A program made the position numbers and the translations under genes. From positions 38,254,001 to 38,318,000 of the forward strand of contig OZ360241.1 in assembly GCA_977017645.1 (NCBI GenBank): a stretch of DNA of 64,000 bases, read 5' to 3'. The DNA comes from Torpedo marmorata. Taxonomy: Eukaryota. Below the pieces are notes generated by a model. It had not been told where the DNA came from, made no database searches, and saw only the letters and a list, made by a program, of their open reading frames with translations. Positions 1 to 11,332 of this stretch are shown here, piece after piece. The number at the start of each line of letters is the position of its first letter. The stretch's first letter is position 1.

Positions 1-914
1 TGGGAACCAGGTGTCAGAGCCGGGATTCGAGAGGATGCTGAGGGAAAGAAGGGCTCCCGAATGGCCTTGGGCACTGAAGGCTTCCTGATTGTGTCGGAGG
101 TTTAGATCTGGAGCTCGGGCTGCCAATGAATCGAACAGGAGTCTATGCAGCTGCAGAGGCTGCAGGAGCGCCTCCATGGACACTCAGTGACTCTGAAGGG
201 ACTCTCTTTTGCTTCTCTTTCTCTCTTACTGCAAGGGGTGCCGGGTGATACTAATGGTGATTCTTTGTCTGTCCTACGGCAGGCAGAAGGCAATTTCGTC
301 TAATATTACATTCTGCACTATTACATAACAAATAAAGGAATCTTGAATTAAACTTCATTTGCCAGTCATCCAATCTATATCTTGTTGCCAACTCATCATA
401 TCCTTATCACAATATGCCCTTTGTATCAGCAGCAAACTTGGAATCCTTAGGTTGTTCCCTCCTTCAAGACACAATTGCAAACACTAAATAATTGAAGGGC
501 AAGAACCGATCACTGCAGTACTCCACGAGTTACATCCCTATAGCCTGAAATAAATACTTTTATTCCAACTCTGTTTTCAATGTGACAGCCAGTACAACAA
601 AATTGCCAATAAATACATAAAATGCTGTATATTCTCAGCAGTTCAAGCAGCATCAGGCCGTTAACTTGACTCACTGTCTGTTTCTCTCTTCACAATTATT
701 TTGGATATCCAAAATATGCATTGTTTTGGTCTTCAAGAACAAAACTGCCTCCACTGGTGCTTTAAGCAAACTGATCGGGTGGGAGGGGGTGGTTTCTTAC
801 TGATTGTAACTGTGCCTATTCATGCACTCAGCTTACCAGAACATTAGATAGTGCTCATTTGAGAATGACATTGTGGCAGCAGGTCAGAGTAAAGAGAATT
901 TTAATACAGTAGGG

Positions 915-1072
915 CAGTGGTTCTCAACCTTTTTTTCCCCCCACTCACATACCACCTTAAGTAATCTCTTACTAACCAGAACACCTATGGCATAGGATGC
1001 CATAGGTGCTCTATGGTTAGTAAGGGATTTCTTAAGGTGGTGTTTGAGTGGAAAAAAGGTTGAGAACCCCTG
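915..1072. mobile_element. hAT-superfamily (Charlie/MER5-like) palindromic MITE
   Basis: TIRs CAGTGGTTCTCAACCTTTTTT / AAAAAAGGTTGAGAACCCCTG; perfect 8-bp TSD CAGTAGGG at 907-914 and 1073-1080; the interior is a near-perfect palindrome. Confidence 0.92.
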
Positions 1073-1111
1073 CAGTAGGGAATAAAACTTGGGACTGAAA
1101 GTTCCGGTTAG

Positions 1112-1326
1112 GGGCACGGTTAGCGCAACGCTGTTACAGCGCCAGCGATCAGGATGTGGGTTCGAATCCAACGCTGTCTGTAAGGAGTTTGTACGTTCTC
1201 TCCGTGTCTGTGTGGCTTTCCTCCGGGTGCTCCAGTTTCCTCCCACCGTTCAAAAACGTACCAGGGGTGTAGGTGAATTGGGTGTCATGGGCTAAAAGGG
1301 CCTGTTATCGTGCTTGCATGTCTAAA
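1112..1326 (+). mobile_element. tRNA-derived V-SINE (HE1-like)
   Basis: B box GGTTCGAATCC, V-domain CCTCCGGGTGCTCCAGTTTCCTCCCAC and a CR1-like tail; one of at least 8 copies in the window. Confidence 0.88.
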
Positions 1327-1565
1327 TTTTTTTTATTTTTTTTTTTTTATATAAAGATGAAAACCTCTGGATTGAAATACTGTCTACTTTCAAATCATTT
1401 TTATCAAAAATATTAATACGTTATAGATCTTGACTTTCTACATCAAAATATATGAATTTTACAAAAATAGAAAGCGAACTATATTTTATAGGTGCTAGTC
1501 AAACTATTAATTACATTCTTATGTACTGAAACATCAAAACAAGAATAGGTCAATCCAGAGAAACA

Positions 1566-1800
1566 CACGGTTAGCGTAGCGGTTAGCGCAACGCAGTTAC
1601 AGCACCAGCAACCGGGGTTCGAAGCCCGTGCTGTCTGTAAGGAGTTTGTACGTTCTCCCTGTGTCTGCGTGGGTTTTCCCCAGGGACTCCGGTTTCCTCC
1701 CACCGTTCAAAAAGTACGGGGTTGTAGGTTAATCGGGTGTAATTGGGCGGCACGGGCTCGTGGGCCGGAAGGGCCTGTTACTGTGCTGTATGTCTAAATT
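1566..1800 (+). mobile_element. tRNA-derived V-SINE (HE1-like)
   Basis: Same head, V-domain and GGGCCTGTTACTGTGCTGTATGTCTAAA tail as the other copies. Confidence 0.88.
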
Positions 1801-1959
1801 AAATTTTTTTTTAAAAATTAAGAACTGCAAATGCTGGAATCTTGAGCAAACAAATTCAAATAACTCTCAGTAAATAATTTTGGGTTGAGTCCTTCTGGCT
1901 AGCCATTTCTCTCCATGGAGTTTGCCTGGTCTGCTGGGTCCCACCAGCTTCTCTTTGTT

Positions 1960-2828
1960 TGAATTAGTCAATCCATCACAAGCAGCTGGAACAAGGACTA
2001 CGTGTGCAGTAAAGGGCATTGATCCAATGAGAGACGATAGAAATTTTGGCCCACAGTCCTGCCACAACATGCCAGAAATAGAACCTCAACAAGTCTGCCA
2101 CAGATCACGGTACACAGAGAGCGGTGGGGTAGGTGACTAATGAATGACCTGGCAGCTGGAAAGCTTTTACCTCATAATATTCCTGATAGGACAGATTTTG
2201 ACTAATTTTCAGCATAGGTAGCCATAGAGTGATTGACGGACAAATAGTACAGTAAATAGTACAGTAATAGTAAAACCCCTGGTATGGGGATTGATAGATG
2301 CTGGATAAACGAATTTTCCGGTTGCTTGAGATTGTGTGTTGCGTGACTGGCAAACTAATGGTGAGGCGCGCCAATTTTAAACTTCCGTATATTATATCTA
2401 TTTATGTTCCACAATTTTTTTGCCAGTTGCTTGAGGCTGCCAGTTGCTTGAATTCCGGATAACAGAGGTTTTACTGTTGTTGGAATATTTTTGTCACTAG
2501 ATATTTTTCCTGTTAGGTCAGTGATCCCTGGCAAGGAATTTTGACTAGGTTTTATTTCCTTCACTCACGTGATTGGTCATATTTATATTCTAAAGCAATG
2601 TAGTCTTTAAACGTTTGAGGAAAGGTGAGAGTCAATTTTAGAGATACAGGTACTTTTGTTTCTGGACAATTGGTACAGTGCATGGAAACTCAGACCCATC
2701 TCTGAAGCTTTGAACAAAATAAGCACCCACGTTCTACTTCTGACCATTGAAATGCAGATCATCCAGAACTCTAATTGAACGTGTCAAGTGAGTGCATGAC
2801 AGCCACTTCTCTCTAGTTAGCCCGAGTC
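1960..2828 (-). pseudogene. DOT1L: Decayed distal part of ancestral DOT1L exon 27 (now probably 3' UTR)
   Basis: Downstream of the stop, translated remnants QSFRDGS, SPFLKR and LSSLIGSMPFTAHVVLVPAACDGLTNS resemble human HSFSDGAS, NPFLSKR and LQSLFSSVPAAAGLVHVSSAATRLTNS in the same order; several stops and a MITE interrupt them. Confidence 0.7.
2268..2476. mobile_element. Tc1/mariner (Tigger/pogo-like) MITE
   Basis: Termini AGTAAAACCCCTGGTAT / ATAACAGAGGTTTTACTG; clearly related to the copies at 15200 and 31136. Confidence 0.8.
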
Positions 2829-3058
2829 TTAATAAGCTTCCCCTGAAACCATTTTAGAATGACTAACTGAAAGGTCACCTGTAATAGGCCTGGTGCCAAA
2901 AGGAGAAGCTTGGCAGAAAGCAGATGCTGACTGGGATCCGTTGTCAGAGTTCTTGGTCAAATTGGTATCGGATATTGGAGAAAAAGTGGACTTCCATTTA
3001 CTGCTGTTGTCTGTACTACTGGAACCGAGTCCTTGCTTCCGTATTGTTAAACTTCCAA
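2829..3058 (-). CDS. DOT1L: DOT1L exon 27, coding part to first stop (GSLTIRKQ...NSSKWKSTFSPISD...GEAY*)
   Basis: Acceptor tctatag, phase 1; conserved NSSKWKSTFSPISD; TAA at 2829-2831 (end point less certain than the acceptor). Confidence 0.8.
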
Positions 3059-3524
3059 CTATAGAAATTTAAAAACACGGTCAGTACAAAAGGTAAAACA
3101 GTTCACATTAAAAAGTTGTTTTCAAGAATAAATTTATTTGAAGGTTTCTAAAGATGAGTTTAGAGTGCTTTGGTGCCAATGGATAAATGAATTGCATCAA
3201 AATTAAAATTAGAAATCACACTAATGACTTTGACAAACAAGAAGTCTGCAGATGCAACACACAGTGCTGTCTAATACTTTCCATGGATGCTGCATGACCC
3301 ACCGAGTTCCTCCAGCACTGTGTGTTGCTACACTTATAACTTTAAACATTTGAAGCTTTTAAAGTTCAATCACCACAAATGAAATAAATCATGGAGGCTC
3401 ACAAGACGAATACAACTTTAGTGAGGTCAGATGACCCTTTCCTGTGAAACTCCACCAAAGTCCAGCTGAACACATCACCTAACCTTCTCTGGTTTACGAT
3501 TGTTCGCTGAATACGTTAATTCTA

Positions 3525-4135
3525 ATACAAGAGCAGGGATGTGATGTTGAGGCTTTATAAGACACTGGTGAGACCTCACTTGGAGTACTGTGAGCAGTTT
3601 TTGGCTCCTCATTTAAGAAAGGATGTGCTGACGTTGGAGAGGGTTCAAAGGAGGTTCACTAGGATGATTCCAGGAATGAAAGGGTTATCATTTGAGGAGC
3701 GTTTGACAGCTCTTGGCCTATATTCATTGGAATTTAGGACATTGTGGGGGATCTCATTGAAACATTTTGAATATTAAAAGGCATGGACAGAGTAGATGTA
3801 GAAAGGTTGTTTCCCATGGTGGGAGAGTCTAGGACAAGAGGGCACAACTCCAGGATTGTAGGGTGTCTGCTTAGAACAGAGATGCATAGGAATTTCTTCA
3901 GCCAGAGGGTGGTAAATCTGTGGAATCTGTTGCCACAAGCAGTTATGGAGGCCAGGTCATTGGCTGTATTTAAGACAGAGATTGATAGGTTCTTGATTAG
4001 CCAGGGCATGAAAGGTTATGGGGAGAAGGTCGGGCAGTGGGGTTGAGTGGAGAAAATGGATCAGCTCATGTTTAAATGGTGGGGTAGACTCGATGGGCTG
4101 AACAGCCTATTTCTGCTCCTATGTCTTATGGTCTA
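3525..4135 (+). mobile_element. CR1 (HER1-like) LINE 3' fragment
   Basis: ORF2 C-terminal motifs LYKTLVRPHLEYC, LERVQRRFTRMIPGM, RTRGH and FFSQRVVNLWN; frameshifted; CR1 tail. Confidence 0.92.
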
Positions 4136-5031
4136 ATTAGCTGCCAGACTGCACCCTCCCTTTCTCACATGGTGAAGGCTGCCCAGATCCTGAATATTCA
4201 CTGGGCCGTTCCCAAGGATTCCTTCGTGGTGATTGTGAAGTGCTGGCAAGCTTCCATAAGTGGTCTCAGAAGATCAGAGATAATTGCATCAATTGAAGGG
4301 GATTTGTTCATTGTGAGCACCTTGTGCATGGTTAGAACCTCCAATGACAAAGGCTGCAAATTGATTTGGATCATTGTCCTCAATAAAGGACTTTACCATT
4401 TATTTCTCTAACAAAAAAAAAATCAAAGGAAGGAATAATTAGATATGTAAAATATTCATTAAACATTGATAGTTGTCTCTTCGTTTGTCTACTAAAATTC
4501 TCAATATTTTTCTTGCTATTAAAACATTTTTGTTTTGTTTCGATTCTGCATTGGTAGGTTCACTTTCACCACATTTTTGGTATAATTCTAATGCTTCTGA
4601 TATACTTTCCATGAACTTGCTCACCCCCAAGCTCCCTCCTCCATGACACTTCCAAATGTTGGTTAACCATGCTGGGCTTGCTTGTTGCACCTGTCTAGAT
4701 ATGCAAGTTCTGCAAAGATTCATTAATGATTTTGAAGATATTTCATTTTCACCTAACTGAATACTTGCAATTTCCTTCAGCTCACATATCAAGTCTCTGC
4801 TTGTGCTCACATTTGCTTCACATAGAGGCTGGCATGAGCACCAACAACAATCCTGCCCAAATTCACAATGATCCAAGAAATGGTTGAAATAAACCTAGAG
4901 GGGTGTTATTGTTAAATTACTTATTACCAGGAACTGTGCTTCATAGCTTCCATAATTAAATCAATCATTAAAGAATCATTTAACATGAAGATATTTGAGT
5001 ATTCATGATCAATCTGGTTGAAATCCACAAA

Positions 5032-6435
5032 CATTAGAACATAAAACAGTCCAAATGAACAGACTCTTCTGTCCATTGTGTGCACCAACCATGGCGCCAA
5101 CTTAAACTAATCTATTCCCTGCCTGTTTGTGTGTTTGCCTAAATGCCTCTTAATCACTGCTATCATATCTGCTTCTACCACCTCCCCTGGCAGCACATTC
5201 CAGGCACCTACCACTCTGTTAAAAACTTGTCTCACAAACTTCCTTTGAACTTTTCCGCCTCTTACCTTAAGTTTATGTGCTGTCGTATTTGACATTTGGA
5301 CATTATTCTAGTGTGGCAACCAGAACTCCACATGGTATACCAAATATGGACCAAAGTTTTATACCTCACCTCAACTTTTATACTCAATGCCCTGACTGAT
5401 GTCTGCAAGGATGCCATACGTATGCCTTCATTATCACCCTATTCAACTGTGCAGCCACTTTCAGAGAGCGATGGGCTTGCACCCTAAGATCCCTCTGTAT
5501 ATCATCCCAACTAAGGGTCCTGCCGTTTACTGTATATCTCCCGAAGTGCATCAGCTCACACTTGTCCAGATAAAAGTCAATCAGCTATTTCTCTGTCCAA
5601 ATTTCCAACTGATCTATATCCTGCTGTATCATTTGACAATCTTCCTTGCTATCCACAATTCAGCCAATTTTTGTGTCATCTGCAAACTTACAAATCAGAC
5701 CACCTACATTCTCATACAATCATTAATATAACATTACAAACAGAATTATGGTTGAATTCTGTGCTATCCAAGTCCCTTTAAAAACTGGGGAAGTTAAAAA
5801 TCTCCCACAACAGTAACCCTACTGCCTTTGCATCTTCCCACGATCTGCCTACATATCAGTTCCTCTAACTCCTGCTAGCGATTTGGAGGCCGAAAGCATA
5901 ACCCCATCTTTGTTATTTCTGAGTTCTATGCGGCCTTGCTGGATGAGCCCTCCAAAATGTCCTTTCCAAGTGCAGTCGTAACATTCTCCCCAACACCAAT
6001 GCAACTCCTCCCATCTCTTTCAAATCCACTTGACATGTCTCCACCCTGGAACACTGAGAAGCCAGTCCTGCCCTTCTATCAACCAAGTTTATGTCATGGC
6101 TACAATGTCATATTTCCATTACTAATCCAACCTCTAAGCTCATCCGCCTTACCATTAAACACCTTGCATTAAAATAAATACACTTCAGACCATCATTTCT
6201 GCCATTTCCAGTATCCAGAACCTGCCTGTTTTTCATATTTTACTTCCTCAATCTCTCCACCTGCTGACTACTACTCTGGTTCCCAGCCACCTGCCACAAT
6301 TAGTTTAAACCCTTCCGAGTAGCATTTGCAAACCTCCCCACAAAGATATTGGTGTACCTCTAGGTATCTGAAGTCTTTCCTCCTTTAGCCATGAATTCAA
6401 CTGTACTATCTTCCAATTTCTGGCCTCACTATTAA
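5032..6435 (-). mobile_element. Degenerate CR1 LINE fragments
   Basis: Minus-strand RVVGAWNVLPGEVVEA motif and RT remnants; boundaries approximate. Confidence 0.7.
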
Positions 6436-6669
6436 GTTTTCACATAACCAGTTCATCTCCACCGTGCGGCATTTTGATTTGAATCTTCCTAAAATGGTGG
6501 TGGATTAGATGAAAGGCTAGTCTATATAGGAGGAAAGGGCACATTTGTAATTCAGGAAGATTCTAACACATTACAACTCTGCTGACTATGGAATGTGGGG
6601 AAATCTGTGATTTAAAAGGAAATAATTAGAACATTTTTTCAGAAAAAAGGTCACAACAACTCAATTTAC

Positions 6670-6749
6670 CTGGGTCACCTTCCCCACAAATAGGTGTAAT
6701 TTCTTTACTCTCGATCGACACAGTGCATTGAGTCATTTTTCTTTCAATC
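6670..6749 (-). CDS. DOT1L: DOT1L exon 26 (IERKMTQCTVSIESKEITPICGEGDP)
   Basis: Acceptor tcaag, donor gtaaat; resembles human IERKIATISLESK; phases 2/1 fit the neighbouring exons. Confidence 0.85.
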
Positions 6750-7390
6750 CTTGAAAACAAAAAGCATTAATGAGTACGCTTATGACGGTGATGACACCTG
6801 ATGCCTCTGATAATCAGACACTTCAAACAGTTGAAAGAAATTAAAAATTAAACTAAGGAGCAACTTAATTAAAAGCATTAAAGCAGAATATATAAAACAC
6901 TTACCTGCACTTGTGTGGGGCCAGGCCAGAAGGAAAGTTAAGAGATTGTTAATGGGCTCCTATTTTAAGATGCAACTATTTTCAAGTGGTGATACAGGCT
7001 TCTGTATGCAATACTATTTCTTATTAATTGAAAACTATTATAGTTATAATTATTCCAAGATGGCTATTCAAAATTAAAATTCAAACCATTCCGCTTTACC
7101 ACTCAACAACAAAATTTAAAAATAGCGCAGATAACGTACTAATCAGAAGATCAATAGTCACAATAGATAAATTCAGTGGAATCACAATAAATTATTTTCT
7201 TTACTTCTCAGCTACCACGCTTGCAGCAAACTTCACTCCGATTCTCAGACTTCAAAATACAAAAGGGTCATCATACTATTTAAATTGTACTGTGTTTCAA
7301 AACAATTTTTCTACTTCAGTCAGTCGCATAAATTACCCGTTCAATATTTAAAAATTACAAGTGCATGAAATTCAGGAGAAAAAGCCCAAC

Positions 7391-7593
7391 CTTCTGTTAA
7401 TTTGCTGATTTTCCTCATCTTGTTCTTCATCAGATGTAAGTGGTGAATAATGAACACCATTTGACACAAACATTTTCTTCTTTTTCAAATTTGGAGGTCC
7501 TTCATTATCTTGGTGCGGAACTGGAGAGCTTTTCACTGAAGTCTCTGGTGATGAAATTGCTGTTATTTCCAGAGGTTGATTGATATTATTGAC
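7391..7593 (-). CDS. DOT1L: DOT1L exon 25 (VNNINQPLEITAISSPETS...HYSPLTSDEE)
   Basis: AG/GT ends, 203 nt, strong match to the human sequence. Confidence 0.93.
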
Positions 7594-8009
7594 CTAAACA
7601 GCAAAAAAAAAAAAAAAAGAAACACGATTTTGTAATGTCTGCCATTTCCGCTTTTGGGAGTGGTTTGCCTTCTGGGAAGTTTAGAGACAATGGGTGTGTA
7701 ATTATTCCAGTAGTCAACTCGGAGAGGATTATAGAGAACTATTATGATGATTCAAAGTGGGGACCATGTCACCTACTTATTCAAAAATATCAAAACAATT
7801 TCCATGAGCTGCCAGAAATGTCTTTTATTGTCCGGCATAACATCCATTCTATCCACATGACTGATAAGATGCCGTCTGAAATAATCTTTGTTAATATTTT
7901 GGAACCAAATAAAAATACACAAAGGTCTTAATGGGGACATATTCACCAGATTTAGGTAAAATGCACCTATGTGCTAACAAAATCTGTGTACTTGCACAAA
8001 TTTAGGATG

Positions 8010-8325
8010 TCCCATGGTAGGGGAATCAATGACAAGAGGGCACAGCTTCAGGATTGAAGAGCACCCATTTAAAGCAGAGATACGGTGGAATTTCTTTAGT
8101 CAGAAAGTGGTGAACCGGAATTTGCTACCACGGGTAGCTGTGGAGGCCAGGTTGTTGGGTGTATTTAAGGCAAACATTAATAGGCATCTGAATAGTCAGG
8201 TTATCAAAAGGTTATGGGAAGAAGGCAGGGGAGTGGGGTTGAGTGGGAGAATGGATGAGCTCATGATGGAATGGCGGGTCGAACATCGAGCCAAATGGCT
8301 TACTTCTACTCTGATATCTTATGGT
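8010..8325 (+). mobile_element. CR1 LINE 3' fragment
   Basis: MTRGHSFRI...NFFSQKVVN plus CR1 tail; similar to the 3525-4135 copy. Confidence 0.85.
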
Positions 8326-8751
8326 CCGGCTGAAGTGATCTTGCCATCCATCACAGTTCAGAAGAAAGGAAAACAAGCTGGTTTGCCAGCAATCAAGCCA
8401 CATGCAACTAGACCAAGCACTAGTATTTCTGCTTGGGTGATACAAAAATCAGCCTGGCGTCAGAATAAAGTAACAGAAACTTTATTAGAAGAAAATCAGA
8501 GCTGGAGGTCACAGGAGCCCTGCAAAAATAACTCTTCCTACACAGCACATCAGATAACCTGACGACTCAACTAACAGGAGTCAGCACCATGCTGCTTACA
8601 CCAGAAAATATCAGGACTGCTTCATGAGAGTGACGAGTAGATCCAGGAACTGATTAACTGCAAACTCAAGGCAACCTTGGACTGTACATTCCCATCAAAC
8701 TCAGGGGAAAAGCAAGTGTTTAAAGAGAAACCTGAAAGCTATGGTCTAAAC

Positions 8752-8982
8752 CGGCCATTCTTATTGGGGGCCATACCCCCCCCCCTCCATCCCAGGGGCC
8801 AAAGCACATTTAAGGGGGGGGGGGGGCACAGACTGAAATCAAAATATTTTTATGTTTTTAATGTCAGTAGGAGAGACGTACAGAAGAAACCAACTAAACT
8901 TGACTGCTTCACAGGGAAGGGGGCCCATAAACTTAGAGCAGAGTCCGAAGGGGGCCATAGCCAAAAAGTTTGAGAATGGCTG
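8752..8982. mobile_element. Older hAT-like MITE
   Basis: Ends CGGCCATTCT / AGAATGGCTG with imperfect 8-bp flanks GTCTAAAC / GTCTTATC. Confidence 0.5.
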
Positions 8983-9540
8983 GTCTTATCCCATAATTTA
9001 AGTGCAAACGATATAACCAACAACTTGCTTATAACCTCAGTGCTCTCAGAGCCATCTACAGTCCACACACCCAGGGTCGCCTGGCTGAGAGGCAAGAAAG
9101 GAGGGGAATATTATCAAGCAGTGAGGCAGTCAGCGTGCACTGTGTAGAATCGCTCAGCCATGACGTGCATGGCCTGAACTCCATCCCACAAACTCTTTGT
9201 CCAGTCTCACTGCCATCCCAGATTGACATGAAACCAAAAAAATCTTGTGTCAACTGGAAAACATTTTCAGAAGGAGATGAACTTAAAATTTGGAGGATAT
9301 GAACTTTGGCACAAACTCATATCCTCATCTCCATTTCTGGGAAGGGGAGGACACACACGACAGGAAAAATCAGTGACAAAATCACGACATCAAAAGCAAA
9401 TCTAACTGCGGCAAGTACACCTTCATCGCCAGAGCCCTCAACCAACCCCACCCAATGATAGAAGAGCTGATCCCTGAATCAACAATCCAGATTCTCTTTC
9501 AAAATGATTAGAAAAAAACCAAAAAAACCGAACCACCTAC

Positions 9541-10175
9541 CATGGAACTTATATTCAAAGGAGATCCTGAAGAAAGACCTAGCGAAGCAAGCAAGGATTT
9601 ACGCTTAGGAGAACTGCCTGCATTCAAGCTGGATGTCACAGAAGAACGTTTTCTCCTGCCCTTCTTTTTTCCTTCTTGAGATATTGACTGTCCAGATTCC
9701 AACTTGATGGCTGAAGTAAGTGAAGTCTGTTTGTTTAAAACAGACTGTTTTATATTTCCACCATTTGCAGTGGCAAATATTATTCTCCGTTTAGATTCGT
9801 TCTCCTGATCAGAGGCACCTTGGTCTGATGGTAAATCCTTCTTCATTACCTCCAAGAAGGCCTTTTGTGTATCTGCATACTGTAAAACCCCACCAACGTT
9901 CGGTGAACTGGCTGTTGGGTTTTGAGAACTGGAGAGCCTAGAGCTGGCTGAATGCTGCGTGGCTGAGCAGTTATGTTCAGGATTCCGAGACTGCATCAGG
10001 TGCATTGCTGGATGCTGTAGGTTTGTAGTCTGCGGGGCAGCACTGTTGGTAAGGATACCTACACTGGTGGAATCGGATTCTTCTAATGTCTTGTCATGAC
10101 TATTGAGTGTTGACTGGATGGAAGACCCAGAGTGGACTCCATTGACTGTCATAGAGCCAGATGAATAACAAAAAC
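9541..10175 (-). CDS. DOT1L: DOT1L exon 24 (GFCYSSGS...DLPSD...KRRIIF...KKKGRRKRSS...GSPLNISSM)
   Basis: 635-nt open frame, tgcag / gtaggt ends, conserved basic NLS-like motifs. Confidence 0.93.
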
Positions 10176-10339
10176 CTGCAAAACAATAAGGAATCACTGC
10201 AACAACCCCAGCTTTGATGAAAATATCGACCATCTATCTTTTGGTATTGCTTAACACAATCATTCAATATATAATATATAATAAAAAGCTTCCCAGAACA
10301 CCATGAATTTTTTACCCAACCACATGCATCAATTGTTTT

Positions 10340-10930
10340 GAACACAGTAGCAGGGAGGTCTTACTGCAGTTGTATAGGGCCTTCGTGAGACCACACCTTG
10401 AGCACTGTGTATAGTTTTGGTCTTCTAATCGGAGGAAGGTCACGCTTGCTAATGGAGGGAGTGCAGTGAAGATTCTTGGGATGGTAGGACAGACGTAAGA
10501 AGAAAGACTGTATAGAATAGGGTTATACTCATTGGAATTTGGAAGAATGAGAGGAGATCTCATTGAAACATAACATTCCGAGAGGATTACACAGGTTAGA
10601 TGCAGGAAGACTGTTCCTGATATTGGAAAGTCTAGAACAAGAGATCACAGTCTCAACACAAGGGGTAAAGCCATTTAGAACGGAAATGAAGAAAAACAAC
10701 TTCTCTCAGAGTTGTGAACTTGTAGATCTCCCTACCACAGAAAGTTGATGAGTCCAGTTCATTAAATATATTCAAAATATTGGATGTGGCCCTTATGGCT
10801 AAAGGGATCAAAGGAAATGGAGAGAAAGCAGGAATAGGGTACTGAGGTCGCATGATAAGCCATGATGGTTCTGAATAGTGGTCAGGCTCGAGGGCTGAAT
10901 GGCCTTCTCCTGCTCCCACTTTCTATGATT
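10340..10930 (+). mobile_element. CR1 LINE 3' fragment
   Basis: Degenerate LYRAFVRPHLEHC ORF2 end and CR1 3' tail. Confidence 0.85.
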
Positions 10931-11214
10931 CACAGCAAAATCTTTCAAACAGGTTATGCACTTTTTGTATTCATTCAGCTGCAAATTCTCAAAAAATTAT
11001 ATTAACCATCATTAATTTGGCTTTTACAAGGACTACCATTTCTCTTACTATATTTTTCTGCCCGTGGTTTTATTATAGATTAGCATCAAAATAAATAGCA
11101 TAATATTCAATTTACTATAGAGACAAAATCCACATCTGATCGAAGTATTAACTGTATCATCTGCGTGTAAACTGCTGCACAATAATTAGGAATCAAATGG
11201 AAAAGAAATACTAC

Positions 11215-11332
11215 CTGAGGTAGCCAATGACTGTGGTTTGTTTGCAGCTGCATTCCCATAATTAGCACCATATTGTTTGTCAAGCATCGATAAGTCACGA
11301 TTTGAAACATGAATAGGACTAGGTGTGTTTCT
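11215..11332 (-). CDS. DOT1L: DOT1L exon 23 (RNTPSPIHVSNRDLSMLDKQYGANYG...)
   Basis: ttttatag / gtagta ends, 118 nt, phase 0/1; resembles human RSTPSP...LEKQIGAN. Confidence 0.88.

Noticed and set aside
1112-1800. tRNA genes suggested by GGTTCGAATCC B boxes
   Set aside because: These are SINE heads continuing into V-domain and LINE-like tails, with no complete cloverleaf
4439-4876. 145-aa minus-strand ORF in intron 26 as an extra exon or gene
   Set aside because: No recognisable domain or DOT1L similarity; exons 26 and 27 already join in phase
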